Shown here in pieces: positions 1 to 10,357 of a stretch of DNA of 64,000 nt. The DNA is from Rikenellaceae bacterium. GTDB taxonomy: Bacteria; Bacteroidota; Bacteroidia; Bacteroidales; Rikenellaceae. Below the pieces are notes generated by a model. The model was given only the letters and a program-made list of their open reading frames with translations. It was not told where the DNA came from and made no database searches. Location: the NCBI GenBank assembly GCA_015060065.1, contig SUZF01000008.1, positions 19,316 through 83,315 of the forward strand, given 5' to 3'. The translations under genes were made by a program, and so were the position numbers. Numbering within the stretch: position 1 is the first letter of the stretch; every line of letters starts with the position of its first letter.

Positions 1-732
1 AGCGCACCTCCCGTGTCCGACGAGCAGGCGGCACGATTCAAGGAGGCTTGTGCGAAGTATGGTTACACCGCAGCGCAGATACTACCTCACGACAGTTATC
101 TTATCAACCTCGGACATCCGGAGCGCGAGGGTCTTGATAAGTCACGCGCAGCATTCTTCGAGGAGATGGAGCGTTGCGAAAAGTTGGGTCTTGACCGCCT
201 GAATTTCCATCCGGGCAGCCACCTCAACAAAATTACTGCACTGCAATCCCTCGACCGCATTGCCGAGTCGATAAATATGGCCCTCGACCGCACCCACGGA
301 GTTACAGCCGTCATCGAGAACACGGCCGGTCAGGGCTCAAATCTCGGCTTTGCATTCGAGCATCTCGCCCACATCATCGAGCGTGTGGAGGATAAGTCGC
401 GTGTCGGAGTCTGCATAGACACCTGTCACGCCTTCGCTGCCGGCTACGATATACGCACCCGTGAGGCTTTCGAGCAGACCTTTGCCGACTTCGAGCGCAT
501 CGTCGGCTTCGGCTATCTGCGCGGTATGCACCTGAACGATGCGATGAAGATTCTCGGCAGCCATGTCGATAGGCACTCCCCCCTTGGCGAGGGTATGCTC
601 GGCATAGACCCCTTCCGTTTTATCTGCGAGGATGCTCGCTTCGACAATATTCCGCTTATCCTCGAAACCCCCGACGAAAGCCGTTGGAGCGAAGAGATCG
701 CAACCCTCAAAGGCTTCGCCGGAGAGCGTTAA
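1..732 (+). CDS. nfo: Endonuclease IV (AP endonuclease), 5'-truncated by the window edge
   Basis: Frame open from base 1; motifs [47 protein letters not shown]. Confidence 0.95.
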   Translation, partial: SAPPVSDEQAARFKEACAKYGYTAAQILPHDSYLINLGHPEREGLDKSRAAFFEEMERCEKLGLDRLNFHPGSHLNKITALQSLDRIAESINMALDRTHGVTAVIENTAGQGSNLGFAFEHLAHIIERVEDKSRVGVCIDTCHAFAAGYDIRTREAFEQTFADFERIVGFGYLRGMHLNDAMKILGSHVDRHSPLGEGMLGIDPFRFICEDARFDNIPLILETPDESRWSEEIATLKGFAGER

Positions 733-1168
733 GGCTTTAAGGGCAACCGGGGGCGCAGTCGCCCTGCTCCTGCTTATGGGGAGTATGGGGAGCGCGACCG
801 AGGTCGCTTATGGGGAATTGACAATTGATAATTGATAATTGATAATTGACAATTAAGCGGCTGATGGCTAATTTAGAGAGTATAGAGAGTTTAAGGAGTT
901 AGGGGTTGATTCCCTAAATTTCCCTATACTCCCTAATCTCCCCAATTTCCCCATACTCTCTTATAGCCATTGGCCATTGACCCCTCCGGTCTTCGACCAC
1001 CTCCCCTAAAACAGGGGAGGAGTTTTTTTGTTCCCACGCCTTCCACGCCTTCCACGCCTCCCCAGTTTCCCCATAAGCAGTCGCAGACTGCGCTCCCCAT
1101 TCTCCCCAGAGAAATAATTTAGGGAGATTAGAGATTTTAGGTAATTTAGGGATTATGGGGACACTGGG
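733..1168. repeat. Modular intergenic foldback repeat, copy A
   Basis: Starts immediately after nfo stop; near reverse complement of 24032-24430 and partly of 18504-18866; AATTGAY x5 at 816-854, 9-mer tracts, hairpins GCGACC-GA-GGTCGC, CTCCCCT-AAAAC-AGGGGAG, GCAGTC-GCA-GACTGC. Confidence 0.9.
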
Positions 1169-1203
1169 CCAGATGAGTTAGAGGCGAATCTTTTTTGTGT
1201 TTT

Positions 1204-1445
1204 CGAGGGGTTGTGGGTATCCGCAAGGATGCTGCAAAATGGAAATAGTGACCTTGGGAATTTATTCACAAAAGGTCACTATTTTCGTTTTGTGTATTGT
1301 CGCAGACAACAAAACCCTCGTAATAAACCTTATACTGTCAAACTCCCCGAAACGCAGTTTCGGCTGAAAAGTTTTTGCACGCCCTGCTTTTTTCAAAAAG
1401 CGGGCAAATAAAAAAGGTTTTGCGTCGCTTTTTTCTAAAAGCGAC
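1204..1445. other. Cluster of inverted repeats (second REP-like module or structured RNA)
   Basis: 13-bp perfect IR 1243-1255/1272-1284; CCGAAAC-GCA-GTTTCGG 1347-1363; T-run/A-run hairpins at 1381-1405 and 1424-1445. Confidence 0.6.
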
Positions 1446-1461
1446 AAAGAAAAAAGGCTGC

Positions 1462-1499
1462 AAAAAAAAGCGACCATTCTCTATAAGGGAATAGTCGCT
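1462..1499 (-). terminator. Intrinsic terminator of the topA-pepC unit
   Basis: AGCGAC-ATTC...GAAT-GTCGCT stem with an A-run at 1462-1469 (U-tract on minus strand), 20 bp past the pepC stop. Confidence 0.75.
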
Positions 1500-1519
1500 C
1501 TATTATTGAAGGCGGGATT

Positions 1520-2695
1520 TTACAGGCCAAGTTTTGTGCGGATATCGCTTGGGATGGCGTTTTTATTCACCATAAACGACATCGTTTTATACTCCACGAA
1601 GGGGCGTGAGAAGTAGTAGTAGCCACCATAGGGAGGGCGCACGTCCCACGAATTTTTAACCTTAAAGTAGGGATTTCCGATTTGGTCTGTTGCCGTTCCG
1701 ATAATCACCATACCGTGGTCGTCGGTTGTCTCGTAGTTATCGTAAGCCTCTTGGCGCATCTGTTGAGTAATCTTCTTCTCTTTGCCAGGCTTGTCGAACT
1801 TGTAGAGGGCATCCTCCTTCTCCTTTGCCGACAGGCGACCCCAGCGTTCAGCCTCGGTACCGCTCATGCTGTCGAGGTCTGCTTCGGGGATGATACCGAT
1901 GGCCTTTGTGCGGCTGAAACCGCGCTCGCTGACATCTGCTGCCCACATAATCGAGTAGTCGTTGGCAAGGGCATTGTCGATTATCGACATCATCTCCACC
2001 AACGGCACGTTATAGACCGAATCCCAAGCCCAATTGTCGGGAACTTCGATAACAAACTTCGAGTAGAAGGGATGGTGCGTATAAGATGTGATATTCACAT
2101 AGTTATCGATATCGATAGGCAACGACTCGGCAAACGACTTCGGGGTGTACTCCTTACCTTTGTAGGTAAATTTCTCCGGCATAACTCCGAAGTAAGCATC
2201 GAGGATTCCGTTCAGACCGGCCTTCCACGAGGTGGTAAGTTTTCTGTTCGGGTTGCGGATAATGGCATCAACATAAGCCTTCAACACGGCATCAATCTCG
2301 TTGAAATGGGGCTTCTCGGTACCATAGTTCAGACCCGGATAGACCTCCTGTGGAACGATTCCGTAGTTGCGTATTCCGTTAGTTACATCATGGGCTGCGC
2401 CGCCTACCGCAAAGTTCAGGCTGCCATGCAGGCGAACATACTTCACAGCCTTCTCGAAGTAGATATTGCGGACAATCCACATCTCCGAAAGGTCCATCTC
2501 TTCGCCTCCGGCACGCATAATCTCGTTTTCGAGGAACGAGAGTGCCGAGAAGCACCAGCAGGTGCCGCTACGATGTTGGTCTTTGACCGAGGTGGTCTTG
2601 ACGAGTTTGCCATCGGTAAATTTATACCCCTTGTCGGCGTATGCCGAGAGCGAGAGTCCTGCCACGAGGACAAAAAGCAGGGTCAGTCGTTTCAT
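1520..2695 (-). CDS. pepC: Aminopeptidase C / C1B family cysteine peptidase with signal peptide
   Basis: QHRSGTCWCFS catalytic Cys, DDHGM His, KNSW Asn; hydrophobic N-terminus. Confidence 0.9.
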   Translation of the reverse strand: MKRLTLLFVLVAGLSLSAYADKGYKFTDGKLVKTTSVKDQHRSGTCWCFSALSFLENEIMRAGGEEMDLSEMWIVRNIYFEKAVKYVRLHGSLNFAVGGAAHDVTNGIRNYGIVPQEVYPGLNYGTEKPHFNEIDAVLKAYVDAIIRNPNRKLTTSWKAGLNGILDAYFGVMPEKFTYKGKEYTPKSFAESLPIDIDNYVNITSYTHHPFYSKFVIEVPDNWAWDSVYNVPLVEMMSIIDNALANDYSIMWAADVSERGFSRTKAIGIIPEADLDSMSGTEAERWGRLSAKEKEDALYKFDKPGKEKKITQQMRQEAYDNYETTDDHGMVIIGTATDQIGNPYFKVKNSWDVRPPYGGYYYFSRPFVEYKTMSFMVNKNAIPSDIRTKLGL

Positions 2696-2700
2696 AATCT

Positions 2701-4989
2701 CTATTTTTTACTTGAATTGATAATCTTCATACAATCTTCTGCCGTGAGGGTTTCAGGCTTCGCCCCCTTGGGCAGACGATAGTTCTTGCCCTTGTAAGCA
2801 ATGTAGGCTCCGTAGCGACCATTCTTAATCAAAATGTCGGGATTCTCGGCAAATGTCTTCAACGGAATGCTTGCAACCTTCACCTGCGAGAAGTGAGCAT
2901 CAAGCAACTCTACGGCACGGTCGTAGGAGATGGTGTAGGGGTCATCCCTCTTTTCGAGCGAGGCGAAGGTCTTGCCGTGGCGGACATAGGCTCCAAACTT
3001 GCCGATGCCGACAACCACATCCTCGCCCTCATACTTACCCAGATTTCGAGGCAGGGCGAAGAGTTCGAGAGCCTCCTCCAAGGTGAGAGCCTCGATAAGT
3101 TGTCCCTTTTTGAGCGAGGCAAAACGTGGCTTCTCGCCCGCAGCGCCCTCGATTTCAACCATCGGACCATAACGACCAATACGTGCCTTTACTGCAAAAC
3201 CAGTTGCGGGGTCGGTGCCCAGCACGCGCACCTGATTGTTCTTGTCTGCCTGCGTACCAATGGCACGCTCAACCATCTCGTGGAAGGGCTGATAGAAGTC
3301 GTCAATCATCTTGCTCCACGTGATATCGCCCTCGGCAATACGGTCGAACTCCTTCTCGACATCAGCCGTAAAGTGATATTCGAGAATCGGAGCAAACTGC
3401 GCTTCGAGATAGTCATTAACAATCATTCCGACGTCGGTCGGAGCCAGACGATTCTTCTCGGTGCCATAGTTCTCCGACAGACTCTTCTCGGAGAGTTTTT
3501 CGCCTTTGAGTATCAGTTGGGTGTAGGTACGTTTGCGCGACTCCTTGCTCTGCTTCTCGACATAACCGCGATTGATAATGGTCGTAATGGTCGGAGCGTA
3601 GGTCGAAGGACGGCCGATACCCAACTCTTCGAGTCGCTTGACAAGCAACGCCTCGTTATAGCGCATCGGAGGAACGGTAAAACGCTCGGTTGCCGTAATC
3701 TGCTCGACACCAACCATATCGCCCACCGACATATTTGGCAGAACACCACCTTGTTCGGTCTGCTCGTCATCGGTCGATTCGGAGTAGAGACGGAGAAATC
3801 CGTCAAAGCGAACCATCTCGCCCGTAGCGACAAACTGCGCTCCCGTAGAGGCTGTGATGGCAACATTCGTGCGGTCAATATCGGCAGCCACCATCTGCGA
3901 AGCCACCGTGCGTTTCCAAATCAGTTCGTACAGGCGTTTTTCGGCTGTCGTACCCTCAATGGTGCGACGGTCTATGTACGACGGACGTATTGCCTCGTGA
4001 GCCTCCTGCGCACCCTTGCTCTTGGTGGTATAGTTACGGGGATTTGAGTATTTCTCGCCAAAGATGGCAGAAATCTCCTCCTTGCACTTCGCGATGGCGA
4101 GATTCGAAAGATTGACCGAGTCGGTACGCATATAGGTAATCAAACCCTGCTCGTAGAGGTGCTGTGCCACCGACATCGTCTGCGATACAGACATTCCGAA
4201 CTTGCGGGCAGCCTCCTGTTGGAGCGTAGAGGTTGTGAAGGGTGGCGCCGGATAACGCTTCATCGGCTTCTCCTCGACACTCTCGATGCGGTAGGTTGCA
4301 CCCACACATCCACGGAGGAACGACTCTGCCTCCTCCTTGGTCGCGAACTTGTGCGGCACCTCTGCACGGAAGATGCTCTTCGCATCGTCAAGGGTATGGA
4401 ATTGCGCCGTTACGCGGTAAAATGGTGTAGATTGAAATCCTATAATTTCGCGCTCGCGCTCAACAATAAGTCTTACAGCCACGCTCTGCACACGTCCTGC
4501 CGAGAGAGCCGGTCGTACCTTCTTCCACAGCACGGGCGACAACTCGAAGCCCACCAATCGGTCCAACACACGACGTGCCTGCTGTGCATTCACAAGATTC
4601 ATATCGACCGTGCGGGGATTCTCGATTGCTGCAAGGATTGCATTCTTGGTAATTTCGTGGAACACAATACGCTTGGTGCGATCAACCGGAAGACCCAATA
4701 CCTCCGCCAGATGCCAAGCAATAGCCTCTCCCTCGCGGTCCTCATCGGATGCGAGCCAAACGGTCTTTGCCGACTTTGCCAGACGCGAAAGTTCATCCAC
4801 GACCTTACGCTTGTCGGCAGGAATTTCATAGATAGGTTGATAGGTGCCGTCGAGGTTGATTCCGAGGTCTTTTTTTGCCAAATCGCGGATATGTCCGAAA
4901 CTCGACTTGACCATATACTCCTTGCCGAGGAACTTCTCGATGGTCTTTGCCTTTGCCGGAGACTCGACGATTACTAAATTTTCTTGCAT
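2701..4989 (-). CDS. topA: DNA topoisomerase I
   Basis: LVIVESPAKAKTI, ASDEDREGEAIAWH, SAGRVQS, LITYMRTDS, GIGRPSTYA; C-terminal GKFGAY/GRYGAY repeats. Confidence 0.97.
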   Translation of the reverse strand: MQENLVIVESPAKAKTIEKFLGKEYMVKSSFGHIRDLAKKDLGINLDGTYQPIYEIPADKRKVVDELSRLAKSAKTVWLASDEDREGEAIAWHLAEVLGLPVDRTKRIVFHEITKNAILAAIENPRTVDMNLVNAQQARRVLDRLVGFELSPVLWKKVRPALSAGRVQSVAVRLIVEREREIIGFQSTPFYRVTAQFHTLDDAKSIFRAEVPHKFATKEEAESFLRGCVGATYRIESVEEKPMKRYPAPPFTTSTLQQEAARKFGMSVSQTMSVAQHLYEQGLITYMRTDSVNLSNLAIAKCKEEISAIFGEKYSNPRNYTTKSKGAQEAHEAIRPSYIDRRTIEGTTAEKRLYELIWKRTVASQMVAADIDRTNVAITASTGAQFVATGEMVRFDGFLRLYSESTDDEQTEQGGVLPNMSVGDMVGVEQITATERFTVPPMRYNEALLVKRLEELGIGRPSTYAPTITTIINRGYVEKQSKESRKRTYTQLILKGEKLSEKSLSENYGTEKNRLAPTDVGMIVNDYLEAQFAPILEYHFTADVEKEFDRIAEGDITWSKMIDDFYQPFHEMVERAIGTQADKNNQVRVLGTDPATGFAVKARIGRYGPMVEIEGAAGEKPRFASLKKGQLIEALTLEEALELFALPRNLGKYEGEDVVVGIGKFGAYVRHGKTFASLEKRDDPYTISYDRAVELLDAHFSQVKVASIPLKTFAENPDILIKNGRYGAYIAYKGKNYRLPKGAKPETLTAEDCMKIINSSKK

Positions 4990-4997
4990 TTCGTTGT

Positions 4998-6710
4998 CTA
5001 TTTTATCATCGTGTAGGAGAGGTTGATTTTAATCGAGGCGTTTTGCAATGCAGCATCCTCCATACCCCAAACCCTTGAATGCTTGAAGGTGTATAAATCA
5101 TACGCCTCCGGAGCGAGGTAGATTGTACGCGGGATGTACTTACCGCTCTTTGTCTTATTCTCCTCCTTTTCGTACTCCGCCTCATAGTCGAAACCTGCCT
5201 CATTATCCTTGTTGAGGAAATCGACATAGTTTTTCAGGCATTGTACATAACCCGATATATCCATTACATAACTTGCACGACTGCGGTTGAGCAGACCACC
5301 GAAGGCAAGTGCCGTATCATACGTCTTCTCGTATGTAAAATTATAGTCCGGAATGGGCGTCAGCGAGTCAAAATCGGTATATAAGCCCATACGCAGTATC
5401 GATTTATCAAGCAGAGGTGTAATCACGTCAGGCTGAATCTCCAACCAATCGTAGTTCGAGCCTTCGAGATAGACACTCATCATCGCCTGATTGATTGCCG
5501 TTTTGCTGAAATCATCCTCCGCACTAATGTTACGCAACTCCGCAAGGAAGTCATCCGAGAAGTATATCTCCAACATCGGACCACCCATACCACTGATGTA
5601 GCCCACCGTACTCTCGCTGCGTGATAGGCGATTTTCCTCTGCGCTCTTATCCTTATCGTCAGTAAGTGTGAGGTTTTCCAGCGGCGTACCCGTAAAGTCA
5701 TGCTTCACGCTGTTGATAGAGTAATTTCCAACCTTGGCGTACTTGTCATAGAAGTAGTAGTACATGTAGGTCGTATCCTTTATGAGTTTCGGCTCCTCCG
5801 GATTGCGATTACGACCCAACAGGTAGATTCCTGTTGCAGAGAAATCGACCTTATACATCGCGCCTTCCTTGTCGGCTGCGAGGTCATTCACCGGTCTGAC
5901 ATAAAGACCCTTAAACGCCTCAACCCACTTTTTGTCGTCGGTATAGACCTCCGTATCATCAGCGTATCCGTTCCAAGACTGCGTGTTGGCCGGGATAAGC
6001 ATCAACCTGCGGATAAAATCCCACGTCGGACTATCGGTTGCCAACGATACCGGCTGCATCGTCACAGCCGTAGAGGTTGTATATACACCCTCCTCCTGAT
6101 TCGGGAAGCGGAAGGTAAATAGAGGTTTACTCTGGTCGTACAACTGCTCCATATCAAAGCCGATATAGGCAACGGTATCTTTGCCGTCATCCATGGCCTC
6201 AACCAGCGACTTCGTAACCTCAAAGATCTCGTAGGTCTGGACATAGGTCGTATCGCCCGCAAAATCCTTGACCGACAAGAGCAACTGCAAAGAGTCAAAG
6301 ATGGGAAGATACCCAAAACCCTCTTCGCCTATATCGGACATAAAGAGGAAGTTGGTGGCATAGCCCGCATTGCGCTTTCCGAAAATATTGTCGAGGTCAC
6401 GCTCCACGCCCATATATCCCACTTGGAGGTTCGATGAAACGAGCGAATCCGAGCGGAAGAGACTGGTGCGGAAGGCTCGGCAATCCTTCTCGGTTACAAC
6501 AAACTTGTTCTGCTCCTTGTCAAAGATGTCCTTATAGACCTTGCCGGCAAAAAAACTCTTGAAACGAATCTGCATCTTCTGATTCTCCGGGATGATTTCA
6601 TATCCGAGCGTATTGTCGGAGGTCGTACACCCCGCAAACAGAGATATTGCCGTAATCGAAATCACGGCAACAGCATTCAGAATCTTGCGCAGATTAGCGT
6701 ATCTCTTCAT
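4998..6710 (-). CDS. DUF4270-family lipoprotein
   Basis: Lipobox LFAGC; start at ATG 6710 overlapping the upstream stop; usual Bacteroidota position after the glycogen-synthase-like gene. Confidence 0.7.
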   Translation of the reverse strand: MKRYANLRKILNAVAVISITAISLFAGCTTSDNTLGYEIIPENQKMQIRFKSFFAGKVYKDIFDKEQNKFVVTEKDCRAFRTSLFRSDSLVSSNLQVGYMGVERDLDNIFGKRNAGYATNFLFMSDIGEEGFGYLPIFDSLQLLLSVKDFAGDTTYVQTYEIFEVTKSLVEAMDDGKDTVAYIGFDMEQLYDQSKPLFTFRFPNQEEGVYTTSTAVTMQPVSLATDSPTWDFIRRLMLIPANTQSWNGYADDTEVYTDDKKWVEAFKGLYVRPVNDLAADKEGAMYKVDFSATGIYLLGRNRNPEEPKLIKDTTYMYYYFYDKYAKVGNYSINSVKHDFTGTPLENLTLTDDKDKSAEENRLSRSESTVGYISGMGGPMLEIYFSDDFLAELRNISAEDDFSKTAINQAMMSVYLEGSNYDWLEIQPDVITPLLDKSILRMGLYTDFDSLTPIPDYNFTYEKTYDTALAFGGLLNRSRASYVMDISGYVQCLKNYVDFLNKDNEAGFDYEAEYEKEENKTKSGKYIPRTIYLAPEAYDLYTFKHSRVWGMEDAALQNASIKINLSYTMIK

Positions 6711-7500
6711 AGAATCGGTTGTAATTATCGTAATAACCCTCTGCATCAGGCGATTGGTACTCCAATATAGGCTTGCCACTCTGGCGCGCGAACTCCACAA
6801 CCGCGGCATCCGCACCCTCCGATGCAAGTACTACACCATCTGCATAACCAATAACGAAACGATAGAGATTTTCGTATGAAGCATCATCGAGAATCGACAA
6901 ATTTTTATCCTGCACACCCTCTCCGGCAACCTTCTTGCGCAGATTGTGCAGCGGCTTGGAGAACTTGTCGTCATAGAGCGAAACCACAATCTTCACATCT
7001 TTGAAAATCGGGTCATCATGGAACACCTTCTTCAAGTAGATAGGCACCACGGCCGAGAACCAACCATGACAATGCACCACCGTCGGAGTCCAATGCAGTT
7101 TCTTGACCGTCTCCAACACTCCGCGAGCAAAGAAGACCATACGCTCGTCGTTATCCTCAAACTCAACCCCCTCGGCATCGGTCAGCACAGCCTTACGAGC
7201 AAAGTAGTCGTCGTTGTCGATAAAATAGATTTGAACTCGCGCCGAAGGTATCGAAGCGACCTTGATAATGAGCTGGTGGTCGTTATCATCGATTATCAGG
7301 TTCATACCCGACAATCGTATAACCTCATGCAGCTGGTTGCGACGCTCATTGATACAACCATAGCGCGGCATAAAGGTACGTACCTCGTTTCCTCGCTCCT
7401 GCATTGCAGGCGAGAGTGCGCGACAAAGGATTGACTCCTCGCTTTCAGGGAGATAAGGTGTTATCTCCTGACACACGTACAATATCTTGTTATTTGCCAT
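6694..7500 (-). CDS. Glycogen/starch synthase catalytic-domain (GT5 N-terminal) protein
   Basis: KILYVCQEITPYL, EVRTFMPRYGCINERRNQLHEVIRLSGMN, HCHGW; only 268 aa. Confidence 0.85.
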   Translation of the reverse strand: MANNKILYVCQEITPYLPESEESILCRALSPAMQERGNEVRTFMPRYGCINERRNQLHEVIRLSGMNLIIDDNDHQLIIKVASIPSARVQIYFIDNDDYFARKAVLTDAEGVEFEDNDERMVFFARGVLETVKKLHWTPTVVHCHGWFSAVVPIYLKKVFHDDPIFKDVKIVVSLYDDKFSKPLHNLRKKVAGEGVQDKNLSILDDASYENLYRFVIGYADGVVLASEGADAAVVEFARQSGKPILEYQSPDAEGYYDNYNRFYEEIR

Positions 7501-7522
7501 ACTTTCGCTGTTGTTTAGATAG

Positions 7523-7530
7523 CAAAGATA
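7523..7530 (-). promoter_or_regulatory. Bacteroidota sigma-A -7 box (TATCTTTG)
   Basis: CAAAGATA on plus strand, 23 bp upstream of the 7500 start. Confidence 0.7.
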
Positions 7531-7588
7531 ATGATTTTTTTCGAGATTTTCGGCTTATAACCAAACTTTATCCTCAAAAATCGAGGCG

Positions 7589-8638
7589 TTAAAGTATCAG
7601 CATTGCATCGCCATAGGTGCCGAAGCGATACCCCTCCTCCTTGGCGATTTTATAAGCATTCATAACCATATCGTAACCTCCAAAGGCTGCGACCATCATC
7701 AGTTGGGTCGAGTAGGGGAGCTGGAAGTTGGTTACCATTGCATCTGCCACCGTAAATTCGTAAGGGTGGAAGATGAATTTATTGGTCCAACCCTCCATCG
7801 GGTTAATCATACCACGAGTCGATACTGCCGTTTCGAGTGTGCGCATTACCGTCGTACCGACCGCAACAACCTTTCTACCACCCTCCTTTGCCGCATTTAC
7901 AGCCTTTGCAGCCTCCTCGGTCACGAAGAACTGCTCGGAGTCCATCTTATGCTTTGAAAGGTCCTCGACATCGACCGTGCGGAAGTTACCCAAGCCGACA
8001 TGCAGCGTCACAAACGCACGCTCCACGCCACGAATCTCCATTCGTTTGAGCAGATGCTTCGAGAAGTGAAGACCCGCCGTCGGAGCCGCAACTGCGCCTT
8101 CGTGTTCGGCAAAAATCGTCTGATAACGCTCGGCGTCGATATCCTCAACCTTTTCGCGCACCCAGCGGGGCAGCGGAGTCTCGCCCATGCGATAGAGAGT
8201 CTCTTTGAACTCTTCGTAGGTTCCATCAAAGAGGAATCGCAAGGTACGACCACGCGAGGTTGTGTTGTCGATAACCTCGGCACCGAGAATATCATCCTCT
8301 CCGAAGTAGAGTTTGTTTCCGATACGGATTTTTCGTGCCGGATCCACCAGCACGTCCCACAAGCGCAACTCGCGATTGAGTTCGCGCAACAGGAAAATCT
8401 CAATCTCGGCACCCGTCTTCTCCTTATTTCCATATAGGCGCGCCGGGAAGACCTTGGTGTTGTTAAAGACGAAGAGGTCCTTCTCGTCGAAGTAGTCCAG
8501 AATCTCTTTGAATAGACGATGCTCGATGGTTCCATCCTTACGGTTAAGCACCATCAGACGCGACTCATCACGATTCTCGGCAGGATATTTCGCCAACATT
8601 TCGGGCGAAAAATCGTATCCGTACTGCGATAATTTCAT
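7589..8638 (-). CDS. queA: S-adenosylmethionine:tRNA ribosyltransferase-isomerase
   Basis: [65 protein letters not shown]. Confidence 0.96.
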   Translation of the reverse strand: MKLSQYGYDFSPEMLAKYPAENRDESRLMVLNRKDGTIEHRLFKEILDYFDEKDLFVFNNTKVFPARLYGNKEKTGAEIEIFLLRELNRELRLWDVLVDPARKIRIGNKLYFGEDDILGAEVIDNTTSRGRTLRFLFDGTYEEFKETLYRMGETPLPRWVREKVEDIDAERYQTIFAEHEGAVAAPTAGLHFSKHLLKRMEIRGVERAFVTLHVGLGNFRTVDVEDLSKHKMDSEQFFVTEEAAKAVNAAKEGGRKVVAVGTTVMRTLETAVSTRGMINPMEGWTNKFIFHPYEFTVADAMVTNFQLPYSTQLMMVAAFGGYDMVMNAYKIAKEEGYRFGTYGDAMLIL

Positions 8639-8737
8639 ATTCTGTTTCTATTTGAACTTTATGTGTTGTCGGCTTCGATTGTGTCGGTTGAGAACAGACG
8701 ACAATCAAGAACTATACGAAAAACCCCTCGTTTTGTT

Positions 8738-9454
8738 TCACTCTCCTTCGAGATTTTTCAGAAAATCATCGAGTTGCCACGCACTCTCAACCGTAAAACC
8801 ACCACTGCGAACTCTGCGCAACGAGGTGAGATAGGCTCCACTCTCAACCGCCTCGCCAATCTCGCCCGCGAGCGAGCGGATATATGTACCTTTGCTGCAA
8901 CGCACACGAATCGAGATGTCGGGCATCTCGTAGCGCGTCAGTTCCATTTCGTAGATATTGATAAGAGCCTTGCGCAGTTCAACCTCCTCGCCTGCACGCG
9001 CAAACTCGTAAGCACGAACACCCTCGACCTTCTTTGCAGAGTAGAGTGGCGGAGCCTGCAAACGCTCTCCGGAGAGAGATTGCAGAGCCTGCTCAACCGC
9101 CTCGCGGGTGATATGCTCGGTGGGGAAGGTCTTATCGACCGGATGCTCCATATCGAAACTCGGAGTGGTGGCTCCGAGGCGCAGATTCGCGGTGTACTCC
9201 TTCTCCTCTGCCTGCAACTGCTCGACCATCTTGGTCGCCTTGCCGATGCAGACAATCAGAATGCCCGTAGCGAGCGGGTCGAGCGTACCGGCATGACCCA
9301 CCTTAATTTTGCGATAGCCCTTGCGACGCAGGGCAAATTTTATCTTGCGGACAACATCTGCCGAGGTCCACTCATAGGGCTTATCGATAACGGCAATATA
9401 TCCCTCCTCGAAGTTGTGGTCGGCAAGCGAAATATTTTCTGACATAAAGAGCAT
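8738..9454 (-). CDS. truB: tRNA pseudouridine(55) synthase
   Basis: IDKPYEWTSADVV, KVGHAGTLDPLATG, PPLYSAKK, CSKGTYIRSL; start 9454 (TAATG overlap with uppP stop) or 9445. Confidence 0.95.
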   Translation of the reverse strand: MLFMSENISLADHNFEEGYIAVIDKPYEWTSADVVRKIKFALRRKGYRKIKVGHAGTLDPLATGILIVCIGKATKMVEQLQAEEKEYTANLRLGATTPSFDMEHPVDKTFPTEHITREAVEQALQSLSGERLQAPPLYSAKKVEGVRAYEFARAGEEVELRKALINIYEMELTRYEMPDISIRVRCSKGTYIRSLAGEIGEAVESGAYLTSLRRVRSGGFTVESAWQLDDFLKNLEGE

Positions 9455-10248
9455 TAAATGAGGTTGCAGATTATCGAGACCACACCGGCAAGGGCGCAAT
9501 ATACGGCAAACCAGATAAGTTTTCCGCGCTTGACGATGCCTATCATAAATTTACAAGCCAGACAACCCACAACGAATGCCGACACAAATCCTGCTACCAT
9601 TGGCGCAAAGCCTATCGAGCCGAGGACAACTTCTCCCTTAACGATATTGAGGAACAACTCTCCCAAAATCGGAGCCAGAACCATCAGGAACGAGAAGTTT
9701 GCCACAGCCTCCTTTTTGTTGCCGAGCAGCAGTCCCGTTGCGATAGTCGAGCCGGAGCGCGAAAGTCCGGGCATAGCAGCCACAGCCTGCGCTAAACCGA
9801 TTATAAAGGCGTCGCGATAGGATATCTGCTCCTTCTGGCGAGGCTTGGCGTAGTATGCAAATGCCAAGAGTGCAGCCGTAAGCAGCAACATCGCACCCAC
9901 AAAGGTCAGGATATATGGCGACGAGAGCATCGCATCGATATAATCCTTGAATGCAAAGCCGACAATACCGATAGGAATCATCGAGATAACGAGTTTGAGG
10001 ATATATGCCTGTTCGTCGTTAAAGTGCTTCGAGAAGAGTCCGCAGAACAATCTTTTGACCTCGCCCCACAGCACCACAATCGTACTCAACACCGTTGCAG
10101 CGTGCAACGTAACGTCGAAGAGCAGATTCTCCTCGATTTCGACTCCGAGCAGAGCCTTTGCGATTTGCAGATGTCCGCTACTCGACACGGGCAGAAACTC
10201 GGTCAGTCCCTGAACAATTCCCAATACTATTGCTTCGATAACCTCCAT
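9454..10248 (-). CDS. uppP: Undecaprenyl-diphosphate phosphatase
   Basis: [18 protein letters not shown] and [10 protein letters not shown] motifs; multiple TM segments. Confidence 0.96.
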   Translation of the reverse strand: MEVIEAIVLGIVQGLTEFLPVSSSGHLQIAKALLGVEIEENLLFDVTLHAATVLSTIVVLWGEVKRLFCGLFSKHFNDEQAYILKLVISMIPIGIVGFAFKDYIDAMLSSPYILTFVGAMLLLTAALLAFAYYAKPRQKEQISYRDAFIIGLAQAVAAMPGLSRSGSTIATGLLLGNKKEAVANFSFLMVLAPILGELFLNIVKGEVVLGSIGFAPMVAGFVSAFVVGCLACKFMIGIVKRGKLIWFAVYCALAGVVSIICNLI

Positions 10249-10277
10249 TGCTTACTGTTTTTTGATTTGTCGGGGTG

Positions 10278-10285
10278 CAAAGATA
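10278..10285 (-). promoter_or_regulatory. -7 box (TATCTTTG) for uppP-truB-queA
   Basis: CAAAGATA 30 bp upstream of uppP. Confidence 0.7.
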
Positions 10286-10357
10286 GTGATTTTTTCGAGA
10301 GTGGCCATCTCTCCCGAAATTAGACTCTTCATGTGTTGTTGCAAGCCCTCCGGATTG

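Noticed and set aside
632-835. ORFs 632-835 (+) and 18705-18905 (-) share the peptide GGAVAxLLLMGSMGSATEVAYGELTIDN
   Set aside because: The identity comes from reading through the same DNA repeat; the upstream parts overlap nfo or unrelated sequence and there is no credible start or promoter
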